Assembly (NCBI GenBank): GCA_023412005.1
Contig: JAEYOE010000033.1
Coordinates: forward strand, 23,344 to 87,343
Origin: Bacillota bacterium
GTDB lineage: Bacteria; Bacillota; Clostridia; Christensenellales; SZUA-584
Reading direction: 5' to 3'
Length of the DNA: 64,000 nt
A model generated the notes under the pieces. That model did no database searches. It saw nothing but the letters and a program-made list of their open reading frames with translations, and was not told the DNA's origin. Made by a program: the position numbers and the translations under genes. This document shows, one piece after another, positions 9,556-19,502 of the stretch; the stretch's first letter is position 1; the number at the start of each line of letters is the position of its first letter.

Positions 9556-9875
9556 CGATCTTTCCTTATCGCGATTGACAACATAGTATCAAACCGTTTT
9601 TTAGTTTACTAATGTTAATTATTACAATTCACTTTATTGCTAAACCATTTTTCAGTCTTGAAACACAATTCATAATGGTTATTAATACCACTTTATTATT
9701 TTGTGACTATATGGTAAAATTAGCACACTTAATTAGTAATGATTTGGTCATGAAATCATTGTATCTATTTTAGGTATAACAATCAAGACATTTTCTGATT
9801 ATCTTTTCGGTCGTTGGCTTTAGAAAAGCCAATACTGGTTATGATAGTCGGTAAGTGATATAAGGAGGAATGCAA

Positions 9876-10982
9876 ATGAAAAAGGTAATTTTATTGGTTT
9901 TGGTTATAATGATGATCGTCTCTGCTTTTGCCGGATGCGGCGCCAGCAACAACGCATCTGCGTCACCGTCAGCGAGCGAATCTACCGCAGAATCCGCAAA
10001 TGAATCGGCGGCACCGGGCGAAGTGTCATCGTCGGCTGTTAAAACAGGCCTTGGCAGCGATATTTCGCTTGCAAAGTCAGCCAGCGTCAGTGCCGATAAG
10101 GACGCGCTTGCGGAGATAGACACTGCGATGGCAGCTGTCACACTCGATGCCGACGGAAAAATCATCAACGTGAAGATTGACATGGTTCAGCCCATGGTCA
10201 ACTTTGATGCACAGGGCCAGCTGAAATCTGATACCAAGCAGGAAATCAAAACAAAAGTAGAGCTCGGAAATGCTTATGGCATGGCCAAGGCTTCCGGCAT
10301 CGGCAAAGAATGGTATGAACAGATTGCAGCGCTTGAAGACTGGATGGTTGGCAAAACCATCGACGAAGTGATGGGCATGAAAATGAATGAAGAAGGTGTC
10401 TCCACAGAAGCCGACCTCACTTCCAGCGTGACCATTCATGTTACCAGCTACCTTGCGGCTGTTCAGAAAGCCGTTGCAAACGCTAAAGATTTTGGCGCTG
10501 CCGTTTCGGGTGCAACAAAAACCGGCATCGGCAACGTCACTTCCATCGCGAAATCTGCGGGCGCCACAGCTGACGCAGACGCCGTTGCACAAGCTGATAT
10601 CATTATGGCAGCAGTCACGATCGATCAGGACAACAAAATCGTGGGTGTTGTGATTGACAACGGTCAAGTCAAGGTGAATTTTGACGCAAAAGGCATGCTG
10701 ATTACCGATGCAGCATCTAAGCCCAAAACAAAAGTGGAGCTTGGCGACGAATATGGCATGAAGAAGGCCTCTTCTATCGGCAAGGAATGGTACGAGCAGA
10801 TTGCGGCGCTTGGCCAGTGGATGATCGGAAAAACCATTGATGAAGTGAAAGCAATGAAGACCGCTCAAAAGGATGAGGCTCACCCGGCTGTTCCGGCCGA
10901 AGCAGACCTGACATCCAGCGTGACCGTCTCGGTGCAGGATTACATTGCAGCCGTGGAAAAAGCGATTGCAACTGCTGACTGA
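9876..10982 (+). CDS. Lipoprotein with two tandem FMN_bind-like domains (PplA-like candidate flavoprotein)
   Basis: Lipobox SAFAGC. Two ~150-aa internal repeats (KTG[LI]G...AAVT[LI]D.D.KI..V.ID...VNFDA.G.L...KTKVELG..YGM.KAS.IGKEWYEQIAAL..WM.GKTIDEV...ADLTSSVT). AAGGAGG lies 7 nt before the ATG at 9876. An ApbE gene is immediately downstream. Confidence 0.65.
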   Translation: MKKVILLVLVIMMIVSAFAGCGASNNASASPSASESTAESANESAAPGEVSSSAVKTGLGSDISLAKSASVSADKDALAEIDTAMAAVTLDADGKIINVKIDMVQPMVNFDAQGQLKSDTKQEIKTKVELGNAYGMAKASGIGKEWYEQIAALEDWMVGKTIDEVMGMKMNEEGVSTEADLTSSVTIHVTSYLAAVQKAVANAKDFGAAVSGATKTGIGNVTSIAKSAGATADADAVAQADIIMAAVTIDQDNKIVGVVIDNGQVKVNFDAKGMLITDAASKPKTKVELGDEYGMKKASSIGKEWYEQIAALGQWMIGKTIDEVKAMKTAQKDEAHPAVPAEADLTSSVTVSVQDYIAAVEKAIATAD

Positions 10983-11063
10983 TTCGTTTAAAATCTAGAT
11001 AATAATCCGCGAATAATCCCTCCGGCCTCGTGCCGGATGGATTATTTTGCGCTAAGAGGTCGT

Positions 11064-12149
11064 ATGAAAAGAACTGTTTTGCTCATTACATGTGTTTTGG
11101 TGCTGCTTTCGCTCTTTGGCTGTGCCCCGTCGCAAAAATACCAAAAATTCAGCGGCGAATTTCTGGATACTTTTGATACGTCTGTGATTGTGATGGCGTA
11201 CGCAAGCTCTCAGGAAGAGTTTGATGATATATTGAAGACGGTTTATGATACATTTACTAATCTTCACAAGCAGTTTGATATCTATCACGACTATGACGGC
11301 ATCAATAATGTAAAGACAATCAACGACAATGCGGGCATTTCACCCGTTAAAGTTGACTCAGCGGTTATCGACATGCTGGAAATGTCTAAAGAGTGGTATG
11401 ACAAAACGAACAGCATTGTGAACGTGGCAATGGGCAGTGTACTGCGCATATGGCATGATTACCGCGAGGCAGGCGAATATGACCCGTCTGTCGCCGAGGT
11501 TCCCCCCATCGATCAGCTTCGGGACGCGTCAATGCATACGGCTATTGATGATATGATTATTGATGAGCAGGCATCTACGGTTTATTTAACAGACAGCCGT
11601 ATGAGCCTTGATGTGGGTGCTGTGGCAAAGGGCTATGCCACCGAGGTGGCGGCAGACAGGCTCATTGAAAAGGGGTATGATTCTGTGCTGATCAGCGCAG
11701 GCGGTAACGTTCGCGCTGTGGGCGCGCCCAAGGATGGTGTCCGTAACAATTGGAGCGTGGGCATTAAAGACCCGGACAGCCCGCTGGCCGGTTCAACAGA
11801 TGAATCCAACTTGTTGGATGTCGCGTTTGTTAAGAACCTTTCTGTGGTCTCCAGCGGCGTGTACGAGCGGTTTTACACCGTTAACGGCGTGAACTATCAT
11901 CACTTGATTGATCCCGAAACGCTGATGCCGGCAGACTATTACAAAGCGGTCACCGTGGTGCTTGAGGATTCGGGGCAGGCAGATTTGCTGTCTACCGCGC
12001 TGTTTTTGATGCCGCCCGATGAGAGCCTTAAGTTTGCGGAAAGCCTTGACGGCGTGGAGGCTTTGTGGGTAATGCCGGATAATGAAATTATAACAACCTC
12101 GGGCATGAAAGATATGCTGCGTGATTTGGGCGGCGCAACGTACAATTAA
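11064..12149 (+). CDS. apbE: FAD:protein FMN transferase (ApbE/FmnB family) lipoprotein
   Basis: Lipobox LSLFGC. Family-typical SL DVGAVAKGYA, ISAGGN and HHLIDP motifs. AAGAGG RBS before the ATG at 11064. Confidence 0.9.
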   Translation: MKRTVLLITCVLVLLSLFGCAPSQKYQKFSGEFLDTFDTSVIVMAYASSQEEFDDILKTVYDTFTNLHKQFDIYHDYDGINNVKTINDNAGISPVKVDSAVIDMLEMSKEWYDKTNSIVNVAMGSVLRIWHDYREAGEYDPSVAEVPPIDQLRDASMHTAIDDMIIDEQASTVYLTDSRMSLDVGAVAKGYATEVAADRLIEKGYDSVLISAGGNVRAVGAPKDGVRNNWSVGIKDPDSPLAGSTDESNLLDVAFVKNLSVVSSGVYERFYTVNGVNYHHLIDPETLMPADYYKAVTVVLEDSGQADLLSTALFLMPPDESLKFAESLDGVEALWVMPDNEIITTSGMKDMLRDLGGATYN

Positions 12150-12166
12150 GCAATATAAGCTGCTGA

Positions 12167-12197
12167 ACAGACCCGGCACTTCCGAGTCTGTTTTTTA
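12167..12197 (+). terminator. Intrinsic terminator after apbE
   Basis: CAGACCCGG-cactt-CCGAGTCTG stem followed by TTTTTT. Confidence 0.7.
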
Positions 12198-12625
12198 TTG
12201 CATGAAAATTGCTTAGCTATTATAAAACCTATGTGAATGAAAGAACAAACTCTCTGTCGTTAAATAATTTAGTTATAAAGCCTTCTCCTTAAATGAGAAA
12301 GCCCAGGCGTCGATCACGATTGTTCCACAGACAGCACATCATGCTGCAAGCGCGTCCCTGTTTTTAGCCATTACCTCTCCCCGGGTCACCTAGCGGTGAC
12401 AACCCCCGATTAACGCAGCTTCTCAATCTGCGTTAATCGATTTTTATTATACATGCCTTAAGAGCACGGACTTAGCAACCGACACTATGCCCCATAAAGC
12501 GACAGTGTGTTATAAACTTTGCGGGTTCAGGTTCTGATGCCGTAAAAAAGCGGGCATCTCCCCCATTGATGAAAAGCTCCTGATATTGGGATTATTATTG
12601 CTGAGTTTGCTCAGGAAATAATCAA

Positions 12626-12652
12626 CCCCTCTTCAAGCATCTTGAAGAGGGG
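12626..12652 (-). terminator. Perfect 12-bp hairpin downstream of the ABC permease gene
   Basis: CCCCTCTTCAAG-cat-CTTGAAGAGGGG, about 75 nt past the stop of the minus-strand permease. The trailing tract on the minus strand is modestly U-rich. Confidence 0.5.
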
Positions 12653-12727
12653 TACAATATGATCTTGCCGCTTTAAGGGCGGCATAAGGAGGCAAAAGCT
12701 CCCGATAATTTAATTATCGTGCTGTTA

Positions 12728-13900
12728 TCAGACTTTTGTTCTGGATTTAGACCAGACATCAAAGCCGACAGCCGCGATCAGAACGATACCTTTAATTGTC
12801 TGCTGCAAGTCGATACTGACGCCCATGATGGACATACCGTTATTCAGAACGCCCATTAACAGACCGCCGACGATGGCGCCAACCACTGTACCGATACCGC
12901 CTGTTGTTGACGCACCGCCGATGAAGCATGACGCAATCGCATCAAGCTCGAAACCGTTACCGGATTTCGGTGTGGCTGAGTTCAAGCGGCCCGTGAAGAT
13001 AATACCGGCCAACGCCGCCAGGAAGCCCATGTTCACATACACCCAGAAGAGGATGCGCTTCGTTTTAATACCGGAAAGCACAGCCGCCTTGGGATTGCCG
13101 CCGAACGCATATATATGACGTCCGGGTATTGTTTTATTGGTGATAAACGAGTAGATAAGCACCAGTATAACAACAACCACCAGCACCATGGGAAGCCCGC
13201 GATAGCTCGCAAGCTGGAATGTAAAGAAGTTGATTATCGCCACGATAAGAATGATTCTTGCCCAGAAAGCGAACAAGGAGTTCACGGCAAAGTTATACCG
13301 CTTTTTATTCCTGCGCTTGTTGATTTCAGAAATGATGAAAAGCATTGATGCGATAATACCGGACAAAAGAGCGAGCAGATTAATGCCTTCTATAGCCACA
13401 ATATCGGGCACAAAGCCGGCCGCCACAAATGTATACCCTTCGGGCAGCGGCGCAAGGCTCGTTCCGTTAAGCACGGTCATCGTCAAACCTCTGAATATCA
13501 GCAGGCCGGCCAATGTCGCGATGAACGCCGGAACACCGATAAACGCAATCCAGAAACCATGCCACATACCAATTAAGACCCCGACAGCCAACGACATTAA
13601 TATAGCCGGAAGCACCGGTATGTGCATTTTAAGAATGAACACCGCCGAAATCGCGCCCACAAAGCCGGCTACCGAACCGACTGAAAGGTCGATATTACCG
13701 CTTATTAATATACAAAGCAGCATACCGATAGCGAGAATCAGCACATAAGCATTTTGCTGAATAATGTTTGAAATGTTCAACGGCTGAAGAAGTACGCCCT
13801 GTGTTAAAATCAGAAAAAGGACCATCACAATGACGAGCGCAAAAATCATCGCGTTTTGTTTCAAGGAGCTTTTTATAGAGCTCCCGAGATTATTCTTCAT
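12728..13900 (-). CDS. Monosaccharide (CUT2-family, GguB/XylH-like) ABC transporter permease
   Basis: 390 aa with about 10-12 TM helices and a typical ribose/xylose-type permease sequence (GGIDLSVGS-like [10 protein letters not shown]). Overlaps the upstream ATPase by 4 nt. Confidence 0.9.
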   Translation of the reverse strand: MKNNLGSSIKSSLKQNAMIFALVIVMVLFLILTQGVLLQPLNISNIIQQNAYVLILAIGMLLCILISGNIDLSVGSVAGFVGAISAVFILKMHIPVLPAILMSLAVGVLIGMWHGFWIAFIGVPAFIATLAGLLIFRGLTMTVLNGTSLAPLPEGYTFVAAGFVPDIVAIEGINLLALLSGIIASMLFIISEINKRRNKKRYNFAVNSLFAFWARIILIVAIINFFTFQLASYRGLPMVLVVVVILVLIYSFITNKTIPGRHIYAFGGNPKAAVLSGIKTKRILFWVYVNMGFLAALAGIIFTGRLNSATPKSGNGFELDAIASCFIGGASTTGGIGTVVGAIVGGLLMGVLNNGMSIMGVSIDLQQTIKGIVLIAAVGFDVWSKSRTKV

Positions 13901-15441
13901 TTCGTTACCTCCTTGTTGCTTTGCATTATGCAGTGCATAATTTTCTCCTGAGAAGCTTCTTTTGCGTCGAGCTCGCCGACAATTGCCCCTCTGTTCATGA
14001 CGTAAACCCTGTCACACATGCCGAGAATTTCAGGCAGCTCTGATGATATCATTATAATCGATTTGCCCTTTTCAGCAAGCTCATTGATAATGCAATATAT
14101 TTCGTATTTTGCGCCGACATCGATGCCTCTCGTGGGTTCATCGAGCAAAAGCACATCCGGATCAGCAAAAATCCATTTGCTGAAAACAACTTTTTGTTGG
14201 TTACCGCCTGAGAGATTGCCTGTCTTTTGCAAAACGCTGGAGGATTTGATGTTGAGCTTTTCTCTGTATTCTTCTCCAACTTTAATCTCGAGATTGTCGT
14301 CAATAACGGTACCCTTCTTCAAAGATTTTAAAGCGGCCAGTGAAATATTCCTCTTGATATCGTCAATAAGTATCAGTCCCGCTGTTTTACGGTCTTCCGT
14401 TGCATAAGCAATACCGTTTTTTATAGCATCGCTGACATCGTGCATCGTAAGCTCTTTGCCGTCTTTGATGACTTGGCCGGATATCTTCTTGCCATATGCA
14501 CCGCCGAACACACTCATTGCAAACTCGGTGCGCCCCGCGCCCATCAGGCCCGAAATACCAACAACCTCGCCTTTTTTCACATTCATGTTGATATTGAACA
14601 AAACCTGTTTATCCGGATCAAGGGGATTAAAAACGTTCCAGTTTTTCACCTCGAAACGAACATCACCCACCTCGTGTTTTCTTTTCGGGAAACGGTCTGT
14701 CAGTTCTCGGCCCACCATCGCTTTGATGATGCGTCCCTCGCTGATATCGTCTTCGCCCTTCACAAGGTTTTCAATCACGGCACCGTCACGGATAATCGTG
14801 ATCTCGTCTGCCACCTTCGTCACTTCGTTCAGTTTATGTGAAATGATGATGCTTGTGATCCCATGCTCTTTCAAATCGACGAGGAGATCGAGCAAATGAC
14901 TCGAATCTTCATCGTTAAGTGCAGCTGTCGGTTCATCAAGTATCAAAATTTTAACATCTTTGGCCAAAGCTTTAACGATCTCAACCAACTGCTGCTTGCC
15001 AAGGCCTATGTCTTTGATTTTCGTTTCGATATTCTCATTCAAACCGACCTTTTTAAGCATTTCAATCGTTCTGCTGTGTGTTTTGTTCCAATTGATGATA
15101 ACTCCCCGGTCTGTCTGCTCATTCCCCAAAAAAACGTTTTCCGCAATCGATAAGGTAGGTATCAATGCGAGCTCTTGATGGATAATGGCAATGCCTTTTG
15201 CTTCACTGTCATTGATGAATTTAAACGCGCAAACTTCACCCTCAACGATGATGTCGCCCTCATATGTCCCATGGGGATATACGCCGCTTAACACGTTCAT
15301 CAGCGTAGATTTACCGGCACCGTTCTCCCCAACCAAAGCATGTATATGTTTAGGCTTAACCTTTAAATTCACATTATCAAGAGCTTTGACGCCCGGAAAT
15401 GTCTTGGTAATATTCCTCATCTCTAAAATGTAGTTTTCCAT
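13897..15441 (-). CDS. Monosaccharide ABC transporter ATP-binding protein (duplicated ABC domains, GguA/MglA-like)
   Basis: Two Walker A motifs (GENGAGKST; GLMGAGRTE), an LSGGNQQK signature and two Walker B motifs (ILILDEPT; LLLLDEPT). Confidence 0.95.
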   Translation of the reverse strand: MENYILEMRNITKTFPGVKALDNVNLKVKPKHIHALVGENGAGKSTLMNVLSGVYPHGTYEGDIIVEGEVCAFKFINDSEAKGIAIIHQELALIPTLSIAENVFLGNEQTDRGVIINWNKTHSRTIEMLKKVGLNENIETKIKDIGLGKQQLVEIVKALAKDVKILILDEPTAALNDEDSSHLLDLLVDLKEHGITSIIISHKLNEVTKVADEITIIRDGAVIENLVKGEDDISEGRIIKAMVGRELTDRFPKRKHEVGDVRFEVKNWNVFNPLDPDKQVLFNINMNVKKGEVVGISGLMGAGRTEFAMSVFGGAYGKKISGQVIKDGKELTMHDVSDAIKNGIAYATEDRKTAGLILIDDIKRNISLAALKSLKKGTVIDDNLEIKVGEEYREKLNIKSSSVLQKTGNLSGGNQQKVVFSKWIFADPDVLLLDEPTRGIDVGAKYEIYCIINELAEKGKSIIMISSELPEILGMCDRVYVMNRGAIVGELDAKEASQEKIMHCIMQSNKEVTK

Positions 15442-15560
15442 CGTCTCACTCCTTTATATCTGCCGCGATATTAAGCATAGCAACCATCGTGATAGTTTTA
15501 ATCGGCTGGTGCCGTAAGCACCAGCCGACCAAAATCCTAATTGACTATTATGTACCGGAG

Positions 15561-16706
15561 TTATTGAATGTCTTCGGGTTTCAGATAGCCGGAATCCATA
15601 ACGAGTTCCTTATAGTTATCAACTGTAACTGTGTACGGAATCAGCAGATATGACGGAACAACTTTCACATTGTTGTCATACGTTGTTGTGTCGTTGATTT
15701 CCGGTTCGGAACCGGTCAGCAGAGCGTCAACCATGCCAGCCGCAACAGCTGCGAGGTCTCTTGTGTCTTTCAGTATTGTGGAATACTGGTCGCCGGAGAT
15801 GATCATTTTGATCGAAGCCGCTTCAGCGTCCTGACCAGTTACGATCGGCCAGTTGTCTGTTCCAACTTCATAACCGAAGGATACCAGCGCCGAAATGATA
15901 CCTCTGGAAAGGCCGTCATACGGAGACAGTACGCCGTCAAGCTGTTTGCCGGAGGTGTAGTTTGCAGCAAGGATCGCATCCATACGTGCCTGAGCCACAG
16001 CACCGTCCCAACGGAGTGTTCCGATATCTTCCTGCTTCGTCTGGCCCGAGGGAACCACGATTGTGCCGTCATCGATCAGCGGCTGCAGAACGTCCATAGC
16101 GCCCGAGTAGAAGTAGAAGGAGTTGGTGTCGTCAGGAGATCCTGCGAACAACTCGATGTTGTACGGGCCATCGCCCTTTTTGGCTTTGAGGCCGTCAACC
16201 AGCGACTGAGCCTGCAGTTTGCCAACGCCTCTGTTGTCGAACGTTGCATAGTAAGAAACAGCATCCGTATCAACCAACAAGCGGTCATAAGAGATGATCT
16301 TCACGCCGTCTTTGCCGGCCTGATCAAGAGTTGCAGACAGTGTGGAACCGTCAACAGCAGCGATGATGAGAACATCAGCGCCTGTAGCGATCATGTTTTC
16401 GATCTGAGACTTCTGGGTCGGGATATCGTCTTCAGCATACTGCATATCAACCTTGTATCCCTTAGCTTCGAGGATCTCTTTCATCTTGTCGCCATCTTTG
16501 ATCCAGCGTTCGCTCGACTTTGTGGGCATCGAAATACCAACAATATGGTCACCTGCGCCTTCAACTGCCTCTACCGATTCAGAAGGAGCCGCGGATTCAG
16601 CGGGGGCCGAAGGTTCAGCACTCGCCGAAGGCGTTGTTGTTCCGCCGCAAGCCACGAGCGAAAAAGCCATCGCAAAAACCAAGAGACTCAGTAATACTTT
16701 TTTCAT
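15561..16706 (-). CDS. Sugar ABC transporter substrate-binding lipoprotein (ChvE-like multiple-monosaccharide binding protein)
   Basis: Lipobox SLVACG, an Ala/Pro/Ser linker, then a type I periplasmic-binding fold sequence (IVGISMPTKSSERWIKDG...). AAGGAGAGAG RBS. Confidence 0.9.
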   Translation of the reverse strand: MKKVLLSLLVFAMAFSLVACGGTTTPSASAEPSAPAESAAPSESVEAVEGAGDHIVGISMPTKSSERWIKDGDKMKEILEAKGYKVDMQYAEDDIPTQKSQIENMIATGADVLIIAAVDGSTLSATLDQAGKDGVKIISYDRLLVDTDAVSYYATFDNRGVGKLQAQSLVDGLKAKKGDGPYNIELFAGSPDDTNSFYFYSGAMDVLQPLIDDGTIVVPSGQTKQEDIGTLRWDGAVAQARMDAILAANYTSGKQLDGVLSPYDGLSRGIISALVSFGYEVGTDNWPIVTGQDAEAASIKMIISGDQYSTILKDTRDLAAVAAGMVDALLTGSEPEINDTTTYDNNVKVVPSYLLIPYTVTVDNYKELVMDSGYLKPEDIQ

Positions 16707-16998
16707 TTCTCTCTCCTTGATTATATTTTTTTTACACCGGTGTATATGTTACACGGGTAAACCGATTTTAATCTGATTAAATATATGTTCGTATTGGTTC
16801 GTTTATTTGCCGTTTGTCTTTTATTTACGAATTCTATCACTTTGATACGAAGATGTCAATCAGATTTTGTTCGATTTTTTACCCTTGCTTTCGATTTGTT
16901 TCTCTTTTCTTTCTTTTGTTTTACTGGTTGAAAAAACAATACAAATAATGTATCATGAGTAGCAGTTCTATTATTTCATGTCAATTCGGGTGTTTTAT

Positions 16999-17784
16999 AT
17001 GTTTGCTATCGAACGCATCAGCATAATAAAAAACTATCTTGAACGAGATAAGCATGTGTCTGTCGCCATGCTTTCCAGTATATTAAACGTCACCGAAGTA
17101 ACCATTCGCAGGGATTTGGAGAAACTTGAGAACGAAGGGTATTTAAAACGGACTCACGGCGGTGCCGTGATCAATGAAGAAATCGACTCTGAAACGTTTA
17201 TTCCTTTTGAACAGCCGCATAACGATCCAGAGCAGTCTCAGCTGCAGGAGATCGCCGATACCGTTTTCCATCTCGTTTCGGATAATGATATCATCATGCT
17301 GACAGATGGACGCACCAACCGATGCATAGCAAAGAGACTGACACAAAAAAACAACCTGACTGTGTTGACAAACGATCTGTTAATCGCTCTGGAGTTTTCC
17401 GCGTCACCCGGCAACCATATGATACTGCTGGGGGGCGATCTTGAAGAGTATGCGGTTTTTGGTCAGCTCGCCATCAACAATATGCAGAATTTCTCACTGA
17501 ACCACTTAATCGTAGAGGTAGACGGTATCAGTAAGAATTTCGGTATCACAGTCTCCAGCATAAACAAGGCATCGCTGATACAGCAAGCCTGTAAAATGGC
17601 CAGTACCGTCTCAGTCGTCTGCCCTGCGTCGCATTTCGGTGAAAAATCGTTTTACCGGGTTGGCGACTTCAGCTTTGCCGATAAAATCATCACCGACTCG
17701 ACGCTGAAGGACACATACAAAGACTTTCTGTTTGATTTAAACATTCAATTATATACTTCTGTTGATATCTATGAGGCAGGTTAA
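16999..17784 (+). CDS. DeoR/GlpR-family transcriptional regulator
   Basis: N-terminal HTH ERISIIKNYLERDKHVSVAMLSSILNVTEVTIRRDLEKLENEGYLKRTHGGA plus a C-terminal sugar-phosphate-isomerase-like effector domain. Start is uncertain (16978 or 16999). Confidence 0.9.
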   Translation: MFAIERISIIKNYLERDKHVSVAMLSSILNVTEVTIRRDLEKLENEGYLKRTHGGAVINEEIDSETFIPFEQPHNDPEQSQLQEIADTVFHLVSDNDIIMLTDGRTNRCIAKRLTQKNNLTVLTNDLLIALEFSASPGNHMILLGGDLEEYAVFGQLAINNMQNFSLNHLIVEVDGISKNFGITVSSINKASLIQQACKMASTVSVVCPASHFGEKSFYRVGDFSFADKIITDSTLKDTYKDFLFDLNIQLYTSVDIYEAG

Positions 17785-17812
17785 TCTCGCGCGATTTATT
17801 TAATGGAGGCGT

Positions 17813-19315
17813 ATGGATTTGAAAAAGCCATTAATAAAGCTGCAGGATGTGAATCTGGCACTGGAAAATTTCTCGTTGTCAAACATCAATCTTGAGCTTT
17901 ATGAAAATGAAATTCATGTGATCATGGGTGAAAACGGCGCGGGGAAAAGCCTTCTCATGCAAATTGTCGGCGGTGTTTTATCTCCTGATTCGGGAAAAAT
18001 ATTTATTAATGGCACCTTGGCAAAAAACAAAGGGTTTTCATCCGGCCTTTTTAACGACGTTATCTACATTCGACAAGATGCCACGATGCTTTCGCATCTT
18101 TCCGTCGCCGAAAATTTATTTTTCAATAATCTGCCGAGAAAATACAAATTCTTTCCGATGATCGATTACAACAAGCTCAACTATCTGTGTCAGCTTCTTA
18201 TCGACGATTTAGGACTGCCTGTCAGCACGCTAGACAAGGTTTCGCATTTGGGGTTTGCGCAAAGGCAGATCATTGAATTTTGCCGCGCCTATGTATCCGA
18301 TGCTAAAATCGTCATACTCGACGAGCCTTCTTCTGCCCTCTCTCAAAGCGAACGCGACCTGCTGTACCGCATTGTGAAAAAGATCAAGGAGCGCGGCGCA
18401 GGCGTGTTTTACATCACACACAGCATCGATGACGTTACGGTTTTGGGTGACAGAATCACGATCGTTAAAAAAGGTCACATCATCGGCACACGAATGGTTG
18501 CCGATTGTTCGCAGGAAGACATCATCCGTATGCTGAGTGCGCAAAACGTCAGCCAACGGTACCCCAAAATACATATTAAAAAAGGAAAGCAAACGCTCGC
18601 CGTTAGTGATCTTGGCTTTGAGGACAAGCTTTACAACATCAATTTTGAGCTGCATCAGGGCGAAGTGTTCGGCATTACCGGGCTTGCAGGCTCCGGGCGC
18701 ACACTGCTGGCCAACTGCTTGTTCGGGGCCGTTCCGAACGTGAAAGGCCAAATGTATATCAACGGTGCACCCATTAAGCTGGACAACCCGTATAAGGCCA
18801 TCAGCAACGGCGTCGCGCTGGTTCCCGAAAACCGGCTGACCGATTCTATATTCGGTTATCTGGATGTCAATAACAACGTGGCTGTGTCTTCACTGAAACG
18901 TTTTGCAAACTTCTTTTTAATCAACAACTCGGTACTCGAACAGGTGGTATCGGATTATGTGCAAAAGCTCAATATTCCTCAGCAGAACCTGCACAGCAAC
19001 ATACTCGAATACAGCGGCGGTAATCAGCAAAAAGCGGTGTTTGCGAAATGGATCATGAGCCGCGCGAAGATTTTTATATTGGATGAGCCGACGCGCGGGC
19101 TCGATATTGCCAGCAAGGTGGACATTTACAACTCCGTTAACGATCTGATTAAGAAAAAAGCGAGCGTTATCTTCATCTCTTCCGATATCGAAGAAATACT
19201 CGGCGTTTGCGACCGCGTTGCCGTGCTGGCCGACCACACTTTCGTGTGCAACGTGCCCACTGCCGACATCACCGTCGAAAAGGTTGTTGAGCTTTCCATG
19301 AGAAAAGAATCGTAA
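17813..19315 (+). CDS. Orphan CUT2-type sugar ABC ATP-binding protein (duplicated ABC domains)
   Basis: GENGAGKS and GLAGSGRT Walker A motifs, a YSGGNQQK signature and two Walker B motifs. GGAGG RBS. No permease or binding-protein gene shares its strand. Confidence 0.9.
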   Translation: MDLKKPLIKLQDVNLALENFSLSNINLELYENEIHVIMGENGAGKSLLMQIVGGVLSPDSGKIFINGTLAKNKGFSSGLFNDVIYIRQDATMLSHLSVAENLFFNNLPRKYKFFPMIDYNKLNYLCQLLIDDLGLPVSTLDKVSHLGFAQRQIIEFCRAYVSDAKIVILDEPSSALSQSERDLLYRIVKKIKERGAGVFYITHSIDDVTVLGDRITIVKKGHIIGTRMVADCSQEDIIRMLSAQNVSQRYPKIHIKKGKQTLAVSDLGFEDKLYNINFELHQGEVFGITGLAGSGRTLLANCLFGAVPNVKGQMYINGAPIKLDNPYKAISNGVALVPENRLTDSIFGYLDVNNNVAVSSLKRFANFFLINNSVLEQVVSDYVQKLNIPQQNLHSNILEYSGGNQQKAVFAKWIMSRAKIFILDEPTRGLDIASKVDIYNSVNDLIKKKASVIFISSDIEEILGVCDRVAVLADHTFVCNVPTADITVEKVVELSMRKES

Positions 19316-19502
19316 GACATAACAAAATAAATGAATAACACGGATGCTTGCTTGAATGACATAAAGAAGTTTTTCCTACACACTGAAGCGCCGTTCAGTC
19401 ACTTTTTATTATCGTTGACTATCGGTTGATTCTCGTATGTTTTAATCTCTTCGGAGATGTGATTTTACTATTTTTAATAACATATTTTAAAGGAGCAGGT
19501 TT

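Noticed and set aside
9556-9875. I looked for a Rex-type operator (TTGTGAA-N4-TTCACAA) or another redox-regulator site in the divergent promoter region of the electron-transfer locus.
   Set aside because: Only partial half-sites occur (for example TTGTGACTATATGG… and …ACAATTCAC…), with no convincing palindrome. This is not reportable without a matrix scan.
17813-19315. Apparent degeneration of the first ABC signature motif (HLGFAQRQ) in the orphan ATPase.
   Set aside because: The N-terminal halves of CUT2 sugar ATPases normally deviate from LSGGQ. The neighbouring transporter ATPase has IGLGKQQ at the same place. This is therefore not evidence of loss of function.
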